Source of the DNA: a virus
Length of the DNA: 64,000 bases
Reading direction: 5' to 3' (one strand)
IMG/VR virus record: IMGVR_UViG_3300005254_000003
Span: 86-64,085 of that record
Shown here: one piece after another, positions 9,955 to 19,780 of the stretch
Layout of the letters: each line of letters begins with the position of its first letter
How positions within the stretch are numbered: the first letter of the stretch is position 1
Made by a program: the position numbers and the translations under genes
Notes under the pieces: model-generated
Database searches by the model: none
What the model saw: the letters and a program-made list of their open reading frames with translations, nothing else
Told to the model about the DNA's origin: nothing

Positions 9955-10010
9955 GAATAACAATTCAATTCAGCCGACGCAAAAAGCAGCGCTTCTAATT
10001 ATCGGGCACG
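9955..10010 (+). repeat. Truncated attC remnant, end of array
   Basis: GAATAACAATTCAATTCAGCCGACGCAAAAAGCAGCGC resembles the left half of an attC; right half is decayed. Confidence 0.4.
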
Positions 10011-10220
10011 GTAGTTGATATCCGTCCCCTTAGTGGATTTGGGCATTTAAATTTTAAGCCCACTCATGACATAAAACCTCTGCCTGCTCTAATACCAGCT
10101 CGGTTGCTTTGGCCTGTTTGTCCGGTGGATAGCCGTATTTTCTCAAAATACGCTTGATGATCACCCTCATCTGGGCGCGGACGTTCTCCCTGACTGTCCA
10201 GTCGGAAATTCAAACCATTT

Positions 10221-13043
10221 TCAACTATTTTGACTCTGAATCAGAATATCCAATATATCCCCAGGTTTTTTTGTCATGGCACTTCCCCATTGCCCGAAGC
10301 CGCCATGTGTGTTCACAGCTCGAATCCATTCTTCCAGATATCGGCGTTTCACTATATCCTGCTCGGTTTCTTTCCCTTTGGTTTCTATAACAAGGAAAGT
10401 TCCATTTTTTAGTCGAACCAAGAAATCCGGTCGATATTTGCGCACCACACCGCGATATATGTACAGTACCTCAAATCCCAGGTGATCATTCTTTGCCCAA
10501 GCCGCAACTTGCTCGCTGTTATCCAGCGCAAAAGCGTCCGTTGCCTCCCAAGTGCTGTCGTAAACGCATACGTTAATGTGAGATTTTTTTGTGCGTCCAC
10601 ATGGCTTACCGGTGAACCATTTTTGCATCTTCCCTGTTGATCGGATTGGATTATCACGGTTAAAAACAGGAATGCACTTTTCCGAATTTTCTTGCCGTAC
10701 CGCATCCCAGATATGTTGGACCACCCGGGACATGTTAAGAGTAATTATCAGTCGTCGGAGCAGATCATCCTGGAAAAACAAGGTGGGGGATATGACAATC
10801 CGATTCGAGTGGATAAACTTTTCCACGATCTGCACCAATTGTGCGAGCAGGATCTCACGGCTGCCCTTCCATGTGTGTTGCATCTGGTCAAACACATCCC
10901 GCGCCGTTTCAAAAATGATTCGCTGTATGCGAAATTCTTGCGCCAACCTTTCCAGTTCTATCCTCCTGATGCTCGTCACATCAGGCCTGCCTTCGATAAT
11001 AGGTGCCAATTCCGCAATCCGAGCAGTTTGGTTTGCATCCAACTCCAATGGGGGCACCTTAGGCAATTCCAGCGTCAACTTGGTCTCAAATATATAATCA
11101 ATTCGCATTACGTTGGGCCATCGGATTTCAAATTCAGCTTTCATCGGATCTGGTTCGACGGCACTTTTGGGAGTTGTGGGTGGCGGTGGGCCGCCAGTTC
11201 CGCCTTCGTGGGGTAAAAATGTAAAAGGCACCCCGAATATGTTCACATATTCTGGATCGAATAGGTTTGTTTCTGGATTGATTTTGTAAGTGGCCCGTCG
11301 TAGCCCTCGTCCAACCACCTGCTCACACAAAAGTTGGGAGGTAAAGGCTCGAAGCCCCATGATGTGTGTGACGGTCTTGGCGTCCCATCCCTCGCTTAGC
11401 ATGCCTACTGAAATTACCTTCCGAATCTTCTCGCCAGCTTGACCGATGCGCCCAATTGTGTCTACCGTCCTGCGTAGCAATTCTGCCTGTTCGGCCTTGG
11501 TCAACTTGCGTTCTACCGGTGCAGAATCATCTTCGTCCTGCTCTTCACCGTCAGGTGTTTCTAATATGGCTGAAAGATCTTCCTGGGATTCTGCCTGATC
11601 GAGCACTTTCGAATCAATGTGCAGGATCATGTCTGGATTGCACAACTCGTCAATGTGAATGCGCCTTGAGTCAAAGGCATGCTTGACCCTCGCCGCTGTT
11701 TCTGTACGGTTACAGACGCTAATCATAACCGGTGGTGTAGGAGTCCCAGCATCTCGCCACTCCCTCCAAGTCTCACGCCAGTCCATACCCAATAAGTAGT
11801 AGGCGTTGAGGACTAGGTCGGGAAGTGGTTCTTCCGGTTTCGCTTTGCGGTTTAAATTATCTTTGACTTCAACGTCGTTGTAAATGTGGTATAAACGAGA
11901 TTTGTATGTTTTGGCATCCGGTACAGTATCGTCCCGAATTACAACACGCGGGGTTTTAACCAGACCAGATTCAATGGCATCGTTCAATCCAAAGTCGCTA
12001 ATGATCCAACCAAACAGGGCTTCTTCACGGCTTTTTTTACCAGACGGTGTAAAAGGAGTGGCTGAAAAATCATAACAGATCAATATGCTCCGTGAGCGGT
12101 GAAGTCGGTCCAGTCCTCCAATCCAAACTGTGGCTTCCTGGGCACTGTCTTTAAGGTCGCGTTGGCGAAGGTATTTGCCTTCAGCCTCCCAATTAACTCG
12201 CCAGGCATGGTGCGCCTCGTCATTGATAACCAGTAAGTTCCTGGCCTTGGACATCTCACCGAGCACCTCGCGGGTGTATGCCTCGTCACTCTTTACCCCG
12301 CGCTTATCAACGCTGCGTCGCTTTTTGATTTGTTCCGCGCTTTCCCAAGATAGGGCGTGCCAATTCCGGACAAGCACCTTGCCTTGGCGAAGTTTATCCA
12401 GCATGGCTGAAGGAACGATGTTGAACGCCTCGTAATAGTTGTCAGTAGCTGACGGCTCCAAGACCCCGAGGCGGCTTTTCACGGTAAGCCCTGGCGCAAT
12501 AACTAGCACATTTTTCGAAAAGCGAGTGTCTTGTGGATAGGCCACTTTGTTGAGAATATGCCAAGCGATAGCCATCGCCATAACGATGGTTTTACCAGAT
12601 CCTGTAGCCATCTTGCAGCAACGGCGTAAAAATTCACCACCATCCCCAGGGATTTCGATGCCTACTCGTTCGGAAGGGTGTGCTTCGGTCAGCCAAATGA
12701 GTGTTTCAATCGCTTCCAATTGGCAAAAGAAAAATCGGCGTATCTCGAATTCCTCTGGGTCGTTCCAATGCTCGAGCAATCGTTTGGTAATGCTGGAAAC
12801 GCCAGGATGGCCTGCATCGCGCCAAAGTTTTATTCGCGGACGAATCTGATTGACCAACGGAATTTCTACAAAAACTCCTGGATCATCGACGGCTTTGGAA
12901 TCACCCGATGCAATAACGTAACCTGCTGGACGGCGGCCCTCAATGCGATCGAACAGCCTGGATTCACAATCATACCTCCTATGGTGTGTTGGTTCCTCAT
13001 AGGGCGAATTGATAATCAGGCGATCAATGGTTGTCTGAGCCAT
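10221..13043 (-). CDS. res: Type III restriction enzyme, Res subunit (SF2 helicase + nuclease)
   Basis: KMATGSGKT, INDEAHH, FSATP, MLSEGWD, QVVGRGLR, YRPDF...IETKG. Confidence 0.92.
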   Translation of the reverse strand: MAQTTIDRLIINSPYEEPTHHRRYDCESRLFDRIEGRRPAGYVIASGDSKAVDDPGVFVEIPLVNQIRPRIKLWRDAGHPGVSSITKRLLEHWNDPEEFEIRRFFFCQLEAIETLIWLTEAHPSERVGIEIPGDGGEFLRRCCKMATGSGKTIVMAMAIAWHILNKVAYPQDTRFSKNVLVIAPGLTVKSRLGVLEPSATDNYYEAFNIVPSAMLDKLRQGKVLVRNWHALSWESAEQIKKRRSVDKRGVKSDEAYTREVLGEMSKARNLLVINDEAHHAWRVNWEAEGKYLRQRDLKDSAQEATVWIGGLDRLHRSRSILICYDFSATPFTPSGKKSREEALFGWIISDFGLNDAIESGLVKTPRVVIRDDTVPDAKTYKSRLYHIYNDVEVKDNLNRKAKPEEPLPDLVLNAYYLLGMDWRETWREWRDAGTPTPPVMISVCNRTETAARVKHAFDSRRIHIDELCNPDMILHIDSKVLDQAESQEDLSAILETPDGEEQDEDDSAPVERKLTKAEQAELLRRTVDTIGRIGQAGEKIRKVISVGMLSEGWDAKTVTHIMGLRAFTSQLLCEQVVGRGLRRATYKINPETNLFDPEYVNIFGVPFTFLPHEGGTGGPPPPTTPKSAVEPDPMKAEFEIRWPNVMRIDYIFETKLTLELPKVPPLELDANQTARIAELAPIIEGRPDVTSIRRIELERLAQEFRIQRIIFETARDVFDQMQHTWKGSREILLAQLVQIVEKFIHSNRIVISPTLFFQDDLLRRLIITLNMSRVVQHIWDAVRQENSEKCIPVFNRDNPIRSTGKMQKWFTGKPCGRTKKSHINVCVYDSTWEATDAFALDNSEQVAAWAKNDHLGFEVLYIYRGVVRKYRPDFLVRLKNGTFLVIETKGKETEQDIVKRRYLEEWIRAVNTHGGFGQWGSAMTKKPGDILDILIQSQNS

Positions 13044-16029
13044 TATCCACCCCCATTACCTTCAGGCTTTCAATTCCTCGGTCATCAACTATCTTGACAG
13101 CAATGCGGCTGTTTTGGCCTGGTTCAAAGGGTATCGATACTGTACCCCAGTAGGCCTCAATCAATTTTTCGTCGATCTCTGCTTTGAGGTTTTTAGATAG
13201 TTTCGACCAACCATCCTTTGCCCCGGCCATTGGGAAAAAGACTTGGCGAGGGTAGAGGCTTCGGCCATCATAGTCTGTATCCAACATCCAAACCGCAATT
13301 TTTTCTGCACTGCCGGATTCGATCCCTCCGGTTTTGGTATTGTAATAGTCGAATCCATGGACTGAAACGCGTAGTTTGCCTTTATTTTCGCCTTTAGTAA
13401 TTCGTTCCACCTGTATGTCTGGTTGGCCGATCAGCCAGAACGATTCGTTACTGGCCCGCTTCTTTTTGAGGTCATCGGTCAGCAGATCAGCATTCATCTG
13501 TGCCTTTAACAGCGTCACGCCCGGCCAATTAGTTTCATCAATATCTTTGGCTGCCTCGGGGTCAAACTGAAAAGCTGCAAAGACAATGAGTTTGGGTTTC
13601 GGAACGAGGTGTTGCGCCTCCTCGATGGCTTGGGCCACCTGGCGCTGTTCAATAGGAGCATATTCCGGTCCGAAGGAGACTACAATGCGTTGCGGAACTG
13701 AATTTTTGTCTTTGGGATCGGGGCGTGTTTCTCCGTCAGCATTCAACCATCTCAATCCAGGAATTGGCTCCAAACGTACAAACTGAATATATTGGCCACT
13801 TTTACCCCTGATGCCGGAACGCAATAATTCATCGCGCCATTCACCTTGTCGCAGCGTCTCACCGGAACGGGCAATAGAGAGGTCGGCTGCTTGAGGTGGG
13901 TCCTCCAAGATCTCCTCGACTGATTTGACCGCTGGCGCTGGCACAGCCTCCACGGTAAATGGTCCGCTGACGCGTTTCTTCGTGCGATCCACTATCGGCT
14001 GGTCGTAGAGCGTTTCCTGAGGTGCGTGTCGGGCTATCGCTGCGTCAATCTGTTCGCGTTTCATGCCTTCCTTAATGTCAGGGTTGTTGGCGATAGACTT
14101 GAGTGTAACATGTGGCACAGTCTTATATTTGAATCCACTGCCAACGCCTTCTTGCGGGTGGGCCAGCTCGTAGTAGTCAAAAGTCGCTGTCATAAGCCTT
14201 TGCTTGGCAAGGGTCAGCGCCACCCGCGAGGTGTCGCAGGTTATCCAGCGGCGCCCCCATTGTTCGGCAACTAATGCAGTTGTGCCGCTCCCGCAAGTAG
14301 GATCGAAAACGAGGTCACCGGGTTCTGTAGTCATTAGCAAGCATCTTTGAATTACTTTTGATGAGGTTTGAACTACATAAATGGATGAATCGCTAGCAAA
14401 ACCACTTGGCATGGTATCATTCCAAAATGATTTAATTGTAACCAAAGGAAAATCATCTGAATATTGCTTCCTGTGGATATACTTACCTATGTTGATTATC
14501 CTATTCGCATGGACAAGTTTTTCTAAATGTTCTTGATTCGTCCTCCAAAAATAACCTGATGGAGGTAGAAATTTTTTCCCATTAAATAGAAATTCAAATC
14601 GGCTATGTTCAGTCCCACTGTCATTAAATAAACCCTGGGCTTTAAATGGTTTAGATCCGTCTGGAAGAATACCTGTTTCTTTCTCTGTTTTTGTAAGATA
14701 CCTGCATTCTCCATTGGACGTCTCTATCATCGTGAACATCTTTGCGGCTGTCTCTATGGAACGATTTTGGAATAGCTGAAAGTATTTTGTTTGTGATTTG
14801 TTTTTACCATACCAAAGTAAATAATCAGTAGTTATATCTAAATATTGGCTTCCTTTTCCTGTTGTTTTTACAAATATAATTGAATTGATGGAATTTCTAC
14901 TTCCAAAAATTTCATCCATTATTTCTCTAACGTGATGAACATTTTCATCTGATATTTGAACAAAAATGGAACCTTTTTCGTCCAGCAATTCTCTTGCCAA
15001 TAACAAGCGGTCTCTCAAATAGTTTAGGTATGAATGAATACCCAACTCCCAGGTGTCGCGAAAAGCGCGTATTTGTTCTGGTTCCGCGGTTAAATCTTCG
15101 TCTTTACCATCCTTAACGTCGCGATTATTTACAAACGGTTGAAAGTTAGAACCGTACTTGATCCCATAAGGTGGATCGATATAGATCATCTGGACTTTGC
15201 CGGTTAAACCCTCTTTCTCCAGTAGGGAATTCATTACTAAGAGGGAGTCACCTGCGATTAGACGATTGCTCCAGTCATGGGGGTGTTTGTAAAAATCAAT
15301 GGCTTGACGGATTGGCAGGTTTTCCTCTTGTGTCTCGAAAAGCGGAAGCTGTTGAGGTGTATCCCCATTTTTTTTGCGAACCGCCTCAATGATGGTTCGT
15401 GGGTCAATACGCTCATGAACGTGCAAGGAAACTGTCGGCACATCAAATGAGGTGTGTTCGGCTTTGCCCGCCCAAACAAGTTGGGGGTCTAGATGTGGGT
15501 CATATTCGTATGTTTTTTTTGTTCCCAGATCGGGGTCTGTATCGGGTGTAACGAGTCCCGCAGGTGGGTTGTTGATCCTTTTTTTGCCTTTGTGCTCGTA
15601 TGACTCGATAGATTTCTTGGCTTCGCGGTTTTTTATTCGTGCCATTTTTGTCTTCCCGTCATCGCTTTCGGTTTCTGGATAACCCCCGACTGCGTTACTG
15701 TGATGTTTTGGGATTTTGTTCTTTTTATCCAATTTTTTCCTAGTTGGCTGCTCGACGGATAGTTCGGATTCTTTTCTCATGATACGGTCAATGAGAATCT
15801 GTTTGCTAATGGCTCCCGGATTAACACCAAGATCCCAGCAGATTTTTTTGAGTGTGGATATCTTTAAGCCGTCGAGGATTCCCTCAATTTTCACCGATCC
15901 CTTCCTGGATAGGAATGCAGCGATGTCGGCTCTTTTTTCAGAGATCCCTTTGAAACCGAATTTTTCTGATATTTCCAATAGGGTTGACTTATCGAGGCAA
16001 TCAAGGACCTGTCGCTTACGGCTTGCCAT
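13024..16029 (-). CDS. mod: Type III DNA methyltransferase, Mod subunit, with N-terminal extension
   Basis: YIDPPY, DPTCGSGTT, NRLIAGDSL; overlaps the res start; alternative start at 15645. Confidence 0.92.
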   Translation of the reverse strand: MASRKRQVLDCLDKSTLLEISEKFGFKGISEKRADIAAFLSRKGSVKIEGILDGLKISTLKKICWDLGVNPGAISKQILIDRIMRKESELSVEQPTRKKLDKKNKIPKHHSNAVGGYPETESDDGKTKMARIKNREAKKSIESYEHKGKKRINNPPAGLVTPDTDPDLGTKKTYEYDPHLDPQLVWAGKAEHTSFDVPTVSLHVHERIDPRTIIEAVRKKNGDTPQQLPLFETQEENLPIRQAIDFYKHPHDWSNRLIAGDSLLVMNSLLEKEGLTGKVQMIYIDPPYGIKYGSNFQPFVNNRDVKDGKDEDLTAEPEQIRAFRDTWELGIHSYLNYLRDRLLLARELLDEKGSIFVQISDENVHHVREIMDEIFGSRNSINSIIFVKTTGKGSQYLDITTDYLLWYGKNKSQTKYFQLFQNRSIETAAKMFTMIETSNGECRYLTKTEKETGILPDGSKPFKAQGLFNDSGTEHSRFEFLFNGKKFLPPSGYFWRTNQEHLEKLVHANRIINIGKYIHRKQYSDDFPLVTIKSFWNDTMPSGFASDSSIYVVQTSSKVIQRCLLMTTEPGDLVFDPTCGSGTTALVAEQWGRRWITCDTSRVALTLAKQRLMTATFDYYELAHPQEGVGSGFKYKTVPHVTLKSIANNPDIKEGMKREQIDAAIARHAPQETLYDQPIVDRTKKRVSGPFTVEAVPAPAVKSVEEILEDPPQAADLSIARSGETLRQGEWRDELLRSGIRGKSGQYIQFVRLEPIPGLRWLNADGETRPDPKDKNSVPQRIVVSFGPEYAPIEQRQVAQAIEEAQHLVPKPKLIVFAAFQFDPEAAKDIDETNWPGVTLLKAQMNADLLTDDLKKKRASNESFWLIGQPDIQVERITKGENKGKLRVSVHGFDYYNTKTGGIESGSAEKIAVWMLDTDYDGRSLYPRQVFFPMAGAKDGWSKLSKNLKAEIDEKLIEAYWGTVSIPFEPGQNSRIAVKIVDDRGIESLKVMGVDNGSDNH

Positions 16030-16231
16030 AGGTATTGCCTTACTTGGTGGGGGTTAGAATGTCGGGCGTTAAGATACCAGAACATCTTGAGATGTCAAGG
16101 CTTTGTCTGGGCAGGTGGCGGGCCGCTTGAAAGGTCAACCAGGGGGGGGCTGGGATTCTTACCTCATGCCAATATGGCAGTTCGGAATCTTTTCGATTCA
16201 GGTTAAGGTTTGATGTTGACGATCTTTTTTA

Positions 16232-16260
16232 TTTACAGGCGGTTTTTTTCTGGATAAAAT
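16232..16260 (+). promoter_or_regulatory. sigma70-type promoter at the start of the element
   Basis: TTTACA-N17-TAAAAT, followed 4 nt later by the palindrome. Confidence 0.65.
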
Positions 16261-16264
16261 TAAA

Positions 16265-16276
16265 GTAATTAATTAC
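16265..16276. promoter_or_regulatory. GTAA-N4-TTAC operator-like palindrome 1
   Basis: GTAATTAATTAC, perfect. Confidence 0.85.
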
Positions 16277-16291
16277 AACCAAAAGGACGTT

Positions 16292-16507
16292 ATGATTTGC
16301 CCTAAATGCAACCATGAAATGAATCCAGTCAATCTCGAGAGGTCAGTTGTCGAGTGTGTAAAGTGCAGGCATCGTCAGCATATTTATTTGCCGGATCTGG
16401 ATGTCGGGAAAGTCCGGGTTGACCTTAATGAATTGACCATCGGTGAACTACCCTGGGCGGTAAGAGCTTTATTCAATGAGTCTACCGAGGATGAATATGA
16501 CGCTTGA
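16292..16507 (+). CDS. Small Zn-ribbon protein
   Basis: CPKC...CVKC; AAGGA RBS. Confidence 0.6.
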   Translation: MICPKCNHEMNPVNLERSVVECVKCRHRQHIYLPDLDVGKVRVDLNELTIGELPWAVRALFNESTEDEYDA

Positions 16508-18203
16508 ACACCATGAATTTCTTGAATTTATAAATGAGTACGCTGCCGAGGAACTGAAAAAGGCCAAGGGGCAGGAGGTTTCCGGCTCAAAACTTTTGCC
16601 GGCCCAGACAGATGGGCCGCAAACCTTTTTCGTCAATCCTTACGATTTCACCAGTCAATACGGGCTTTGGCGGGAGCGTCGGTCGGCTCTTACCTGGGAT
16701 ACCCTCCGGGTCATGGCGGAAAAGAATCCGATCGTCAGTGCCATCATCAACACCCGCATCCGTCAGATTAGCTCGTTTTCGGCCCCGGTCAGTGAACAGG
16801 AAACAACTGGCAACGACCAGTTGGGGTTCAAGATCGCCCACAAGGATTCAAACAAAAAGCTGACCAGCGGCGAGGAAAAATACGTTCTCGAGCTGGAGAA
16901 TTTCATCACTCATTGCGGATATGTCCAACCGGGGCAGCATCGGGTCGGCCGGGATGGGTTTGACATATGGTTGAAAAAGATCGTCCGCGATTCGTTGACG
17001 TTCGATGCCGCGGTGTCTGAGTTGGTTCCGACCCGGAAAGGGGGGATTCATTCGTTCTATGCGGTGGATGCCGCTACGATCCGGTTGGCGTTGACCCAGC
17101 AAGATGATGATGGGCTGGATGACAAGAAATACGTCCAAGTGCTCAACGGGCAGATTGTTGTCGATTACGAGCCGGATGAGATCATGTACGGCATCCGGAA
17201 TCCCACCACGAACATCAAAAACAATGGGTACGGGATCGCCGAGCTGGAGCAGCTTGTGACGATCGTGACGAACATCTTCAATGCCATGACCCACAACGCC
17301 ATGTTTTTCAAGAACGGCGCTGCAGTGAAAGGCTTGATCAACATCAAGACTGGTAAGGGCCAGACCGGAGCGCCGAATGATCAGCTCGAAGCGTTCAAGC
17401 GGGCGTGGCGGGCGATGGTGACCGGAAGCCAGAATGCCTGGTCAACGCCGATCCTCCAATCCGAGGGGGTGGAATTCGTCAGCATGGGTAACACCAACCG
17501 AGAGATGGAATTCCAGCAGTACCTCGAATTTTTGGTCAAGCTGGCCTGCGCTGTTTATTCCATCGATCCGGCTGAGATCAATTTCTATATGGCGGCTTCC
17601 AGTGGTGGCGGCTCGCCCATGTTTGAGTCCAATCAAGAAGCCAAGCTCAAGATGAGTAAGGACAAAGGGCTTCGTCCGCTTTTGGCTTCGATCGCCCGGT
17701 GGGTCAATTATTACGTCCTTGAGCCAATCACCCCCGATTTTCGGTTCGTGTGGGTTGGCATGGATTCTAAGGATGAAAAAGAGATCGTCGAGCTTCGGAC
17801 GAAAGAAGTTGGCTCATATATGACGGTTGATGAAGCCCGGGCCGAGGCGGGTAAAGAACCGCTGGGGGAGGAAAAGGGCGGCAACATCATTCTTAATCCG
17901 CAATATATCCAATATCTGCAACAGCAGGCAATGGCGGCACAGATGGGCGGCATGGGAGGTGGCGGCGATGAAGAAACCGGAGAGGGCGGAAATACCGATT
18001 TCAGCGATCGTGGTGGCGGCGATCAAGATCTGGAACTGGTTGGCGGGAAGCCGGAGGGAGAGGCCGAGGAAGTGGCCGGAGAGAAGCAAAGCGGAGAGAT
18101 CGCTGCTCAGTCAAAGGCAAAGGGTTCAGCGGATGAAAAAGAGATGAAAAAGAGTCTTTTGCGAACCCGAGAAAAATATCTTCGGATTATGATCGGGGGT
18201 TGA
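16476..18203 (+). CDS. Portal protein (Twort/SPO1-like); real start probably 16491 or 16497
   Basis: IINTRIRQI, KIVRDSLTFDA, YGIAELEQL, FFKNGAAVKG, EMEFQQYLEFL...IDPAEINF. Confidence 0.92.
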   Translation: MSLPRMNMTLEHHEFLEFINEYAAEELKKAKGQEVSGSKLLPAQTDGPQTFFVNPYDFTSQYGLWRERRSALTWDTLRVMAEKNPIVSAIINTRIRQISSFSAPVSEQETTGNDQLGFKIAHKDSNKKLTSGEEKYVLELENFITHCGYVQPGQHRVGRDGFDIWLKKIVRDSLTFDAAVSELVPTRKGGIHSFYAVDAATIRLALTQQDDDGLDDKKYVQVLNGQIVVDYEPDEIMYGIRNPTTNIKNNGYGIAELEQLVTIVTNIFNAMTHNAMFFKNGAAVKGLINIKTGKGQTGAPNDQLEAFKRAWRAMVTGSQNAWSTPILQSEGVEFVSMGNTNREMEFQQYLEFLVKLACAVYSIDPAEINFYMAASSGGGSPMFESNQEAKLKMSKDKGLRPLLASIARWVNYYVLEPITPDFRFVWVGMDSKDEKEIVELRTKEVGSYMTVDEARAEAGKEPLGEEKGGNIILNPQYIQYLQQQAMAAQMGGMGGGGDEETGEGGNTDFSDRGGGDQDLELVGGKPEGEAEEVAGEKQSGEIAAQSKAKGSADEKEMKKSLLRTREKYLRIMIGG

Positions 18204-18263
18204 GTCTGACATCGAAGTTAATTTCCAAATTTAAATTTATCAGGGACAAATAAGGGGGCAAAA

Positions 18264-18671
18264 ATGAAAAAAATCTGTTTGGCTGTTCTGTGTGTTTTGT
18301 GTCTCGTATCGGTGGCTCTGGCTGAACCTGTTTCGCTGGCATGGGATCCTAACAGCGATAATGTCACAGGTTATCGTCTATATGCCAGGACTGGTAACAC
18401 CTATGACTATGCCAATCCGATATGGGAGGGGTCGTTGACGACTTGCACGGTCGATGTCGCAGCGGATTTACAAACAGCTTTTGTCGTCCGGGCGTATCGA
18501 GTCTTGAATCTCACCGGGGATGTTCAACAAAGCGGGGATAGCAACGAGGTGATTTATACACCGGATGCCTTGGTCAATCCGCCCTCTACCCCGAATGGTT
18601 TGTTTATCAAAGCTATCGAGGAAATCATCCAGGGGCTTGAAACACTGAAAGAGGCTATCGCCAACAGTTAA
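18264..18671 (+). CDS. Secreted FN3-like protein with C-terminal coiled coil
   Basis: Signal peptide; SLAWDPN...GYRLY...FVVRAY...SGDSNEV. Confidence 0.7.
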   Translation: MKKICLAVLCVLCLVSVALAEPVSLAWDPNSDNVTGYRLYARTGNTYDYANPIWEGSLTTCTVDVAADLQTAFVVRAYRVLNLTGDVQQSGDSNEVIYTPDALVNPPSTPNGLFIKAIEEIIQGLETLKEAIANS

Positions 18672-18690
18672 TTTTTGTCTGTGAAACCAA

Positions 18691-18702
18691 GTAATTAATT
18701 AC
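18691..18702. promoter_or_regulatory. Palindrome 2 (before the DUF5675 gene)
   Basis: GTAATTAATTAC, perfect. Confidence 0.85.
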
Positions 18703-18717
18703 ATTCGGAGCTTTTTT

Positions 18718-19122
18718 ATGACACCTATTGTGGAACTCGTTCGGCTTGAAACCGGGAAACAGGGCACTTTCGGTGCCTTGTTGATTTGTAAAAAGGTTTT
18801 CTGCTTCACCCTGGAGCCGCCGGCCCGATTGAATAAGAAGCGGGTCAGCAGCATTCCGCCAAGCCAGTACATTTGTTGGCGGCACCAATCACCCCGATTC
18901 GGTGAAACTTTCCAGATTCTCGAGGTGCCGGATCGGTCGGAGATCCTTTTCCATTCCGGAAATGTCGTCACCAACACGGAGGGGTGCATTCTTCTTGGTT
19001 CGACAATCGGGAAGCTCAAGGGCGACCGAGCAGTGCTTAACAGCGGGGACACGTTTAAGGCGTTCATGAAAGCGGTTGAAGGGTTTCAGGCCTTTCACCT
19101 GACCATCCGTGAAGTCTATTAG
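18718..19122 (+). CDS. DUF5675-family protein, candidate endolysin
   Basis: TLEPP...IPPSQY...RSEILFHSGN...TEGCILLG. Confidence 0.75.
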   Translation: MTPIVELVRLETGKQGTFGALLICKKVFCFTLEPPARLNKKRVSSIPPSQYICWRHQSPRFGETFQILEVPDRSEILFHSGNVVTNTEGCILLGSTIGKLKGDRAVLNSGDTFKAFMKAVEGFQAFHLTIREVY

Positions 19123-19138
19123 GAAAGGGGGTGTTCGT

Positions 19139-19354
19139 ATGTTCGAAGCAATTGTAGAATTTATCAAATGGTTTTTCAGTCTCAAGATGGATGCCGTGAC
19201 GCTGCCGTGGGTTGATGCCAATAAGATCACCATCGGCTTTTTCCTGGGCGCCCCGTACATGATCTATCGCTGGTATCGCAACAGCGTCAATAAGATCAAG
19301 AATCTCGACACAGAGCTGGACAAGCAGGAAGCCGGCGACAAGGCGGAGGGATAA
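19139..19354 (+). CDS. Small membrane protein, holin-like
   Basis: One TM plus charged C-tail; AGGGGG RBS before ATG 19139; in the lysis cluster. Confidence 0.5.
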   Translation: MFEAIVEFIKWFFSLKMDAVTLPWVDANKITIGFFLGAPYMIYRWYRNSVNKIKNLDTELDKQEAGDKAEG

Positions 19355-19357
19355 CCG

Positions 19358-19753
19358 ATGGCTGGAGTCAAGGCAATGACGGTGCTTTTCGCCCCTCCGG
19401 ATTACTGGGCCCTGACCGAAGACCAGCGCAATGAGATTTGCAACGGTTGTGGTCCCAAGGGGCTCGACTATTTGGTCCCTGACACCATTTGGTTTCTTTC
19501 GATCAAGGAAGCATGCCGCATTCACGATTTCATGTATGAAATGGGTGAAACGCTTGCCGACAAGGAAGCAGCCGACCGCATATTTCGGAATAACATGGTC
19601 CGGATCATCGAGGCGAATCCCACCTGGCGTTGGCTCACGCTAAAGCGGCTCGAACGGGCCGAATTTTACTACAACATGGTTGACAAATACGGCGGCCCCT
19701 CGTTCTGGAAAGGAAAGAACAAACCCGAAGAACTGGGACTGGCCTTTGCGTAA
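19358..19753 (+). CDS. Phospholipase A2-like phage protein
   Basis: CNGCGP...ACRIHDFMY...ADRIF. Confidence 0.6.
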   Translation: MAGVKAMTVLFAPPDYWALTEDQRNEICNGCGPKGLDYLVPDTIWFLSIKEACRIHDFMYEMGETLADKEAADRIFRNNMVRIIEANPTWRWLTLKRLERAEFYYNMVDKYGGPSFWKGKNKPEELGLAFA

Positions 19754-19780
19754 CCAATTCAACACAAGGAGTAAAGACGT

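Noticed and set aside
730-10010. CRISPR array or REP elements
   Set aside because: Repeats are divergent, gene-spaced hairpins with attC boxes; no cas genes or constant-length spacers
10221-13043. Res helicase as the missing terminase ATPase
   Set aside because: Motifs and the overlap with Mod identify it as a type III restriction subunit
16030-16260. attL matching the 61.7-62.3 kb region
   Set aside because: No direct repeat found by eye; needs a computed search
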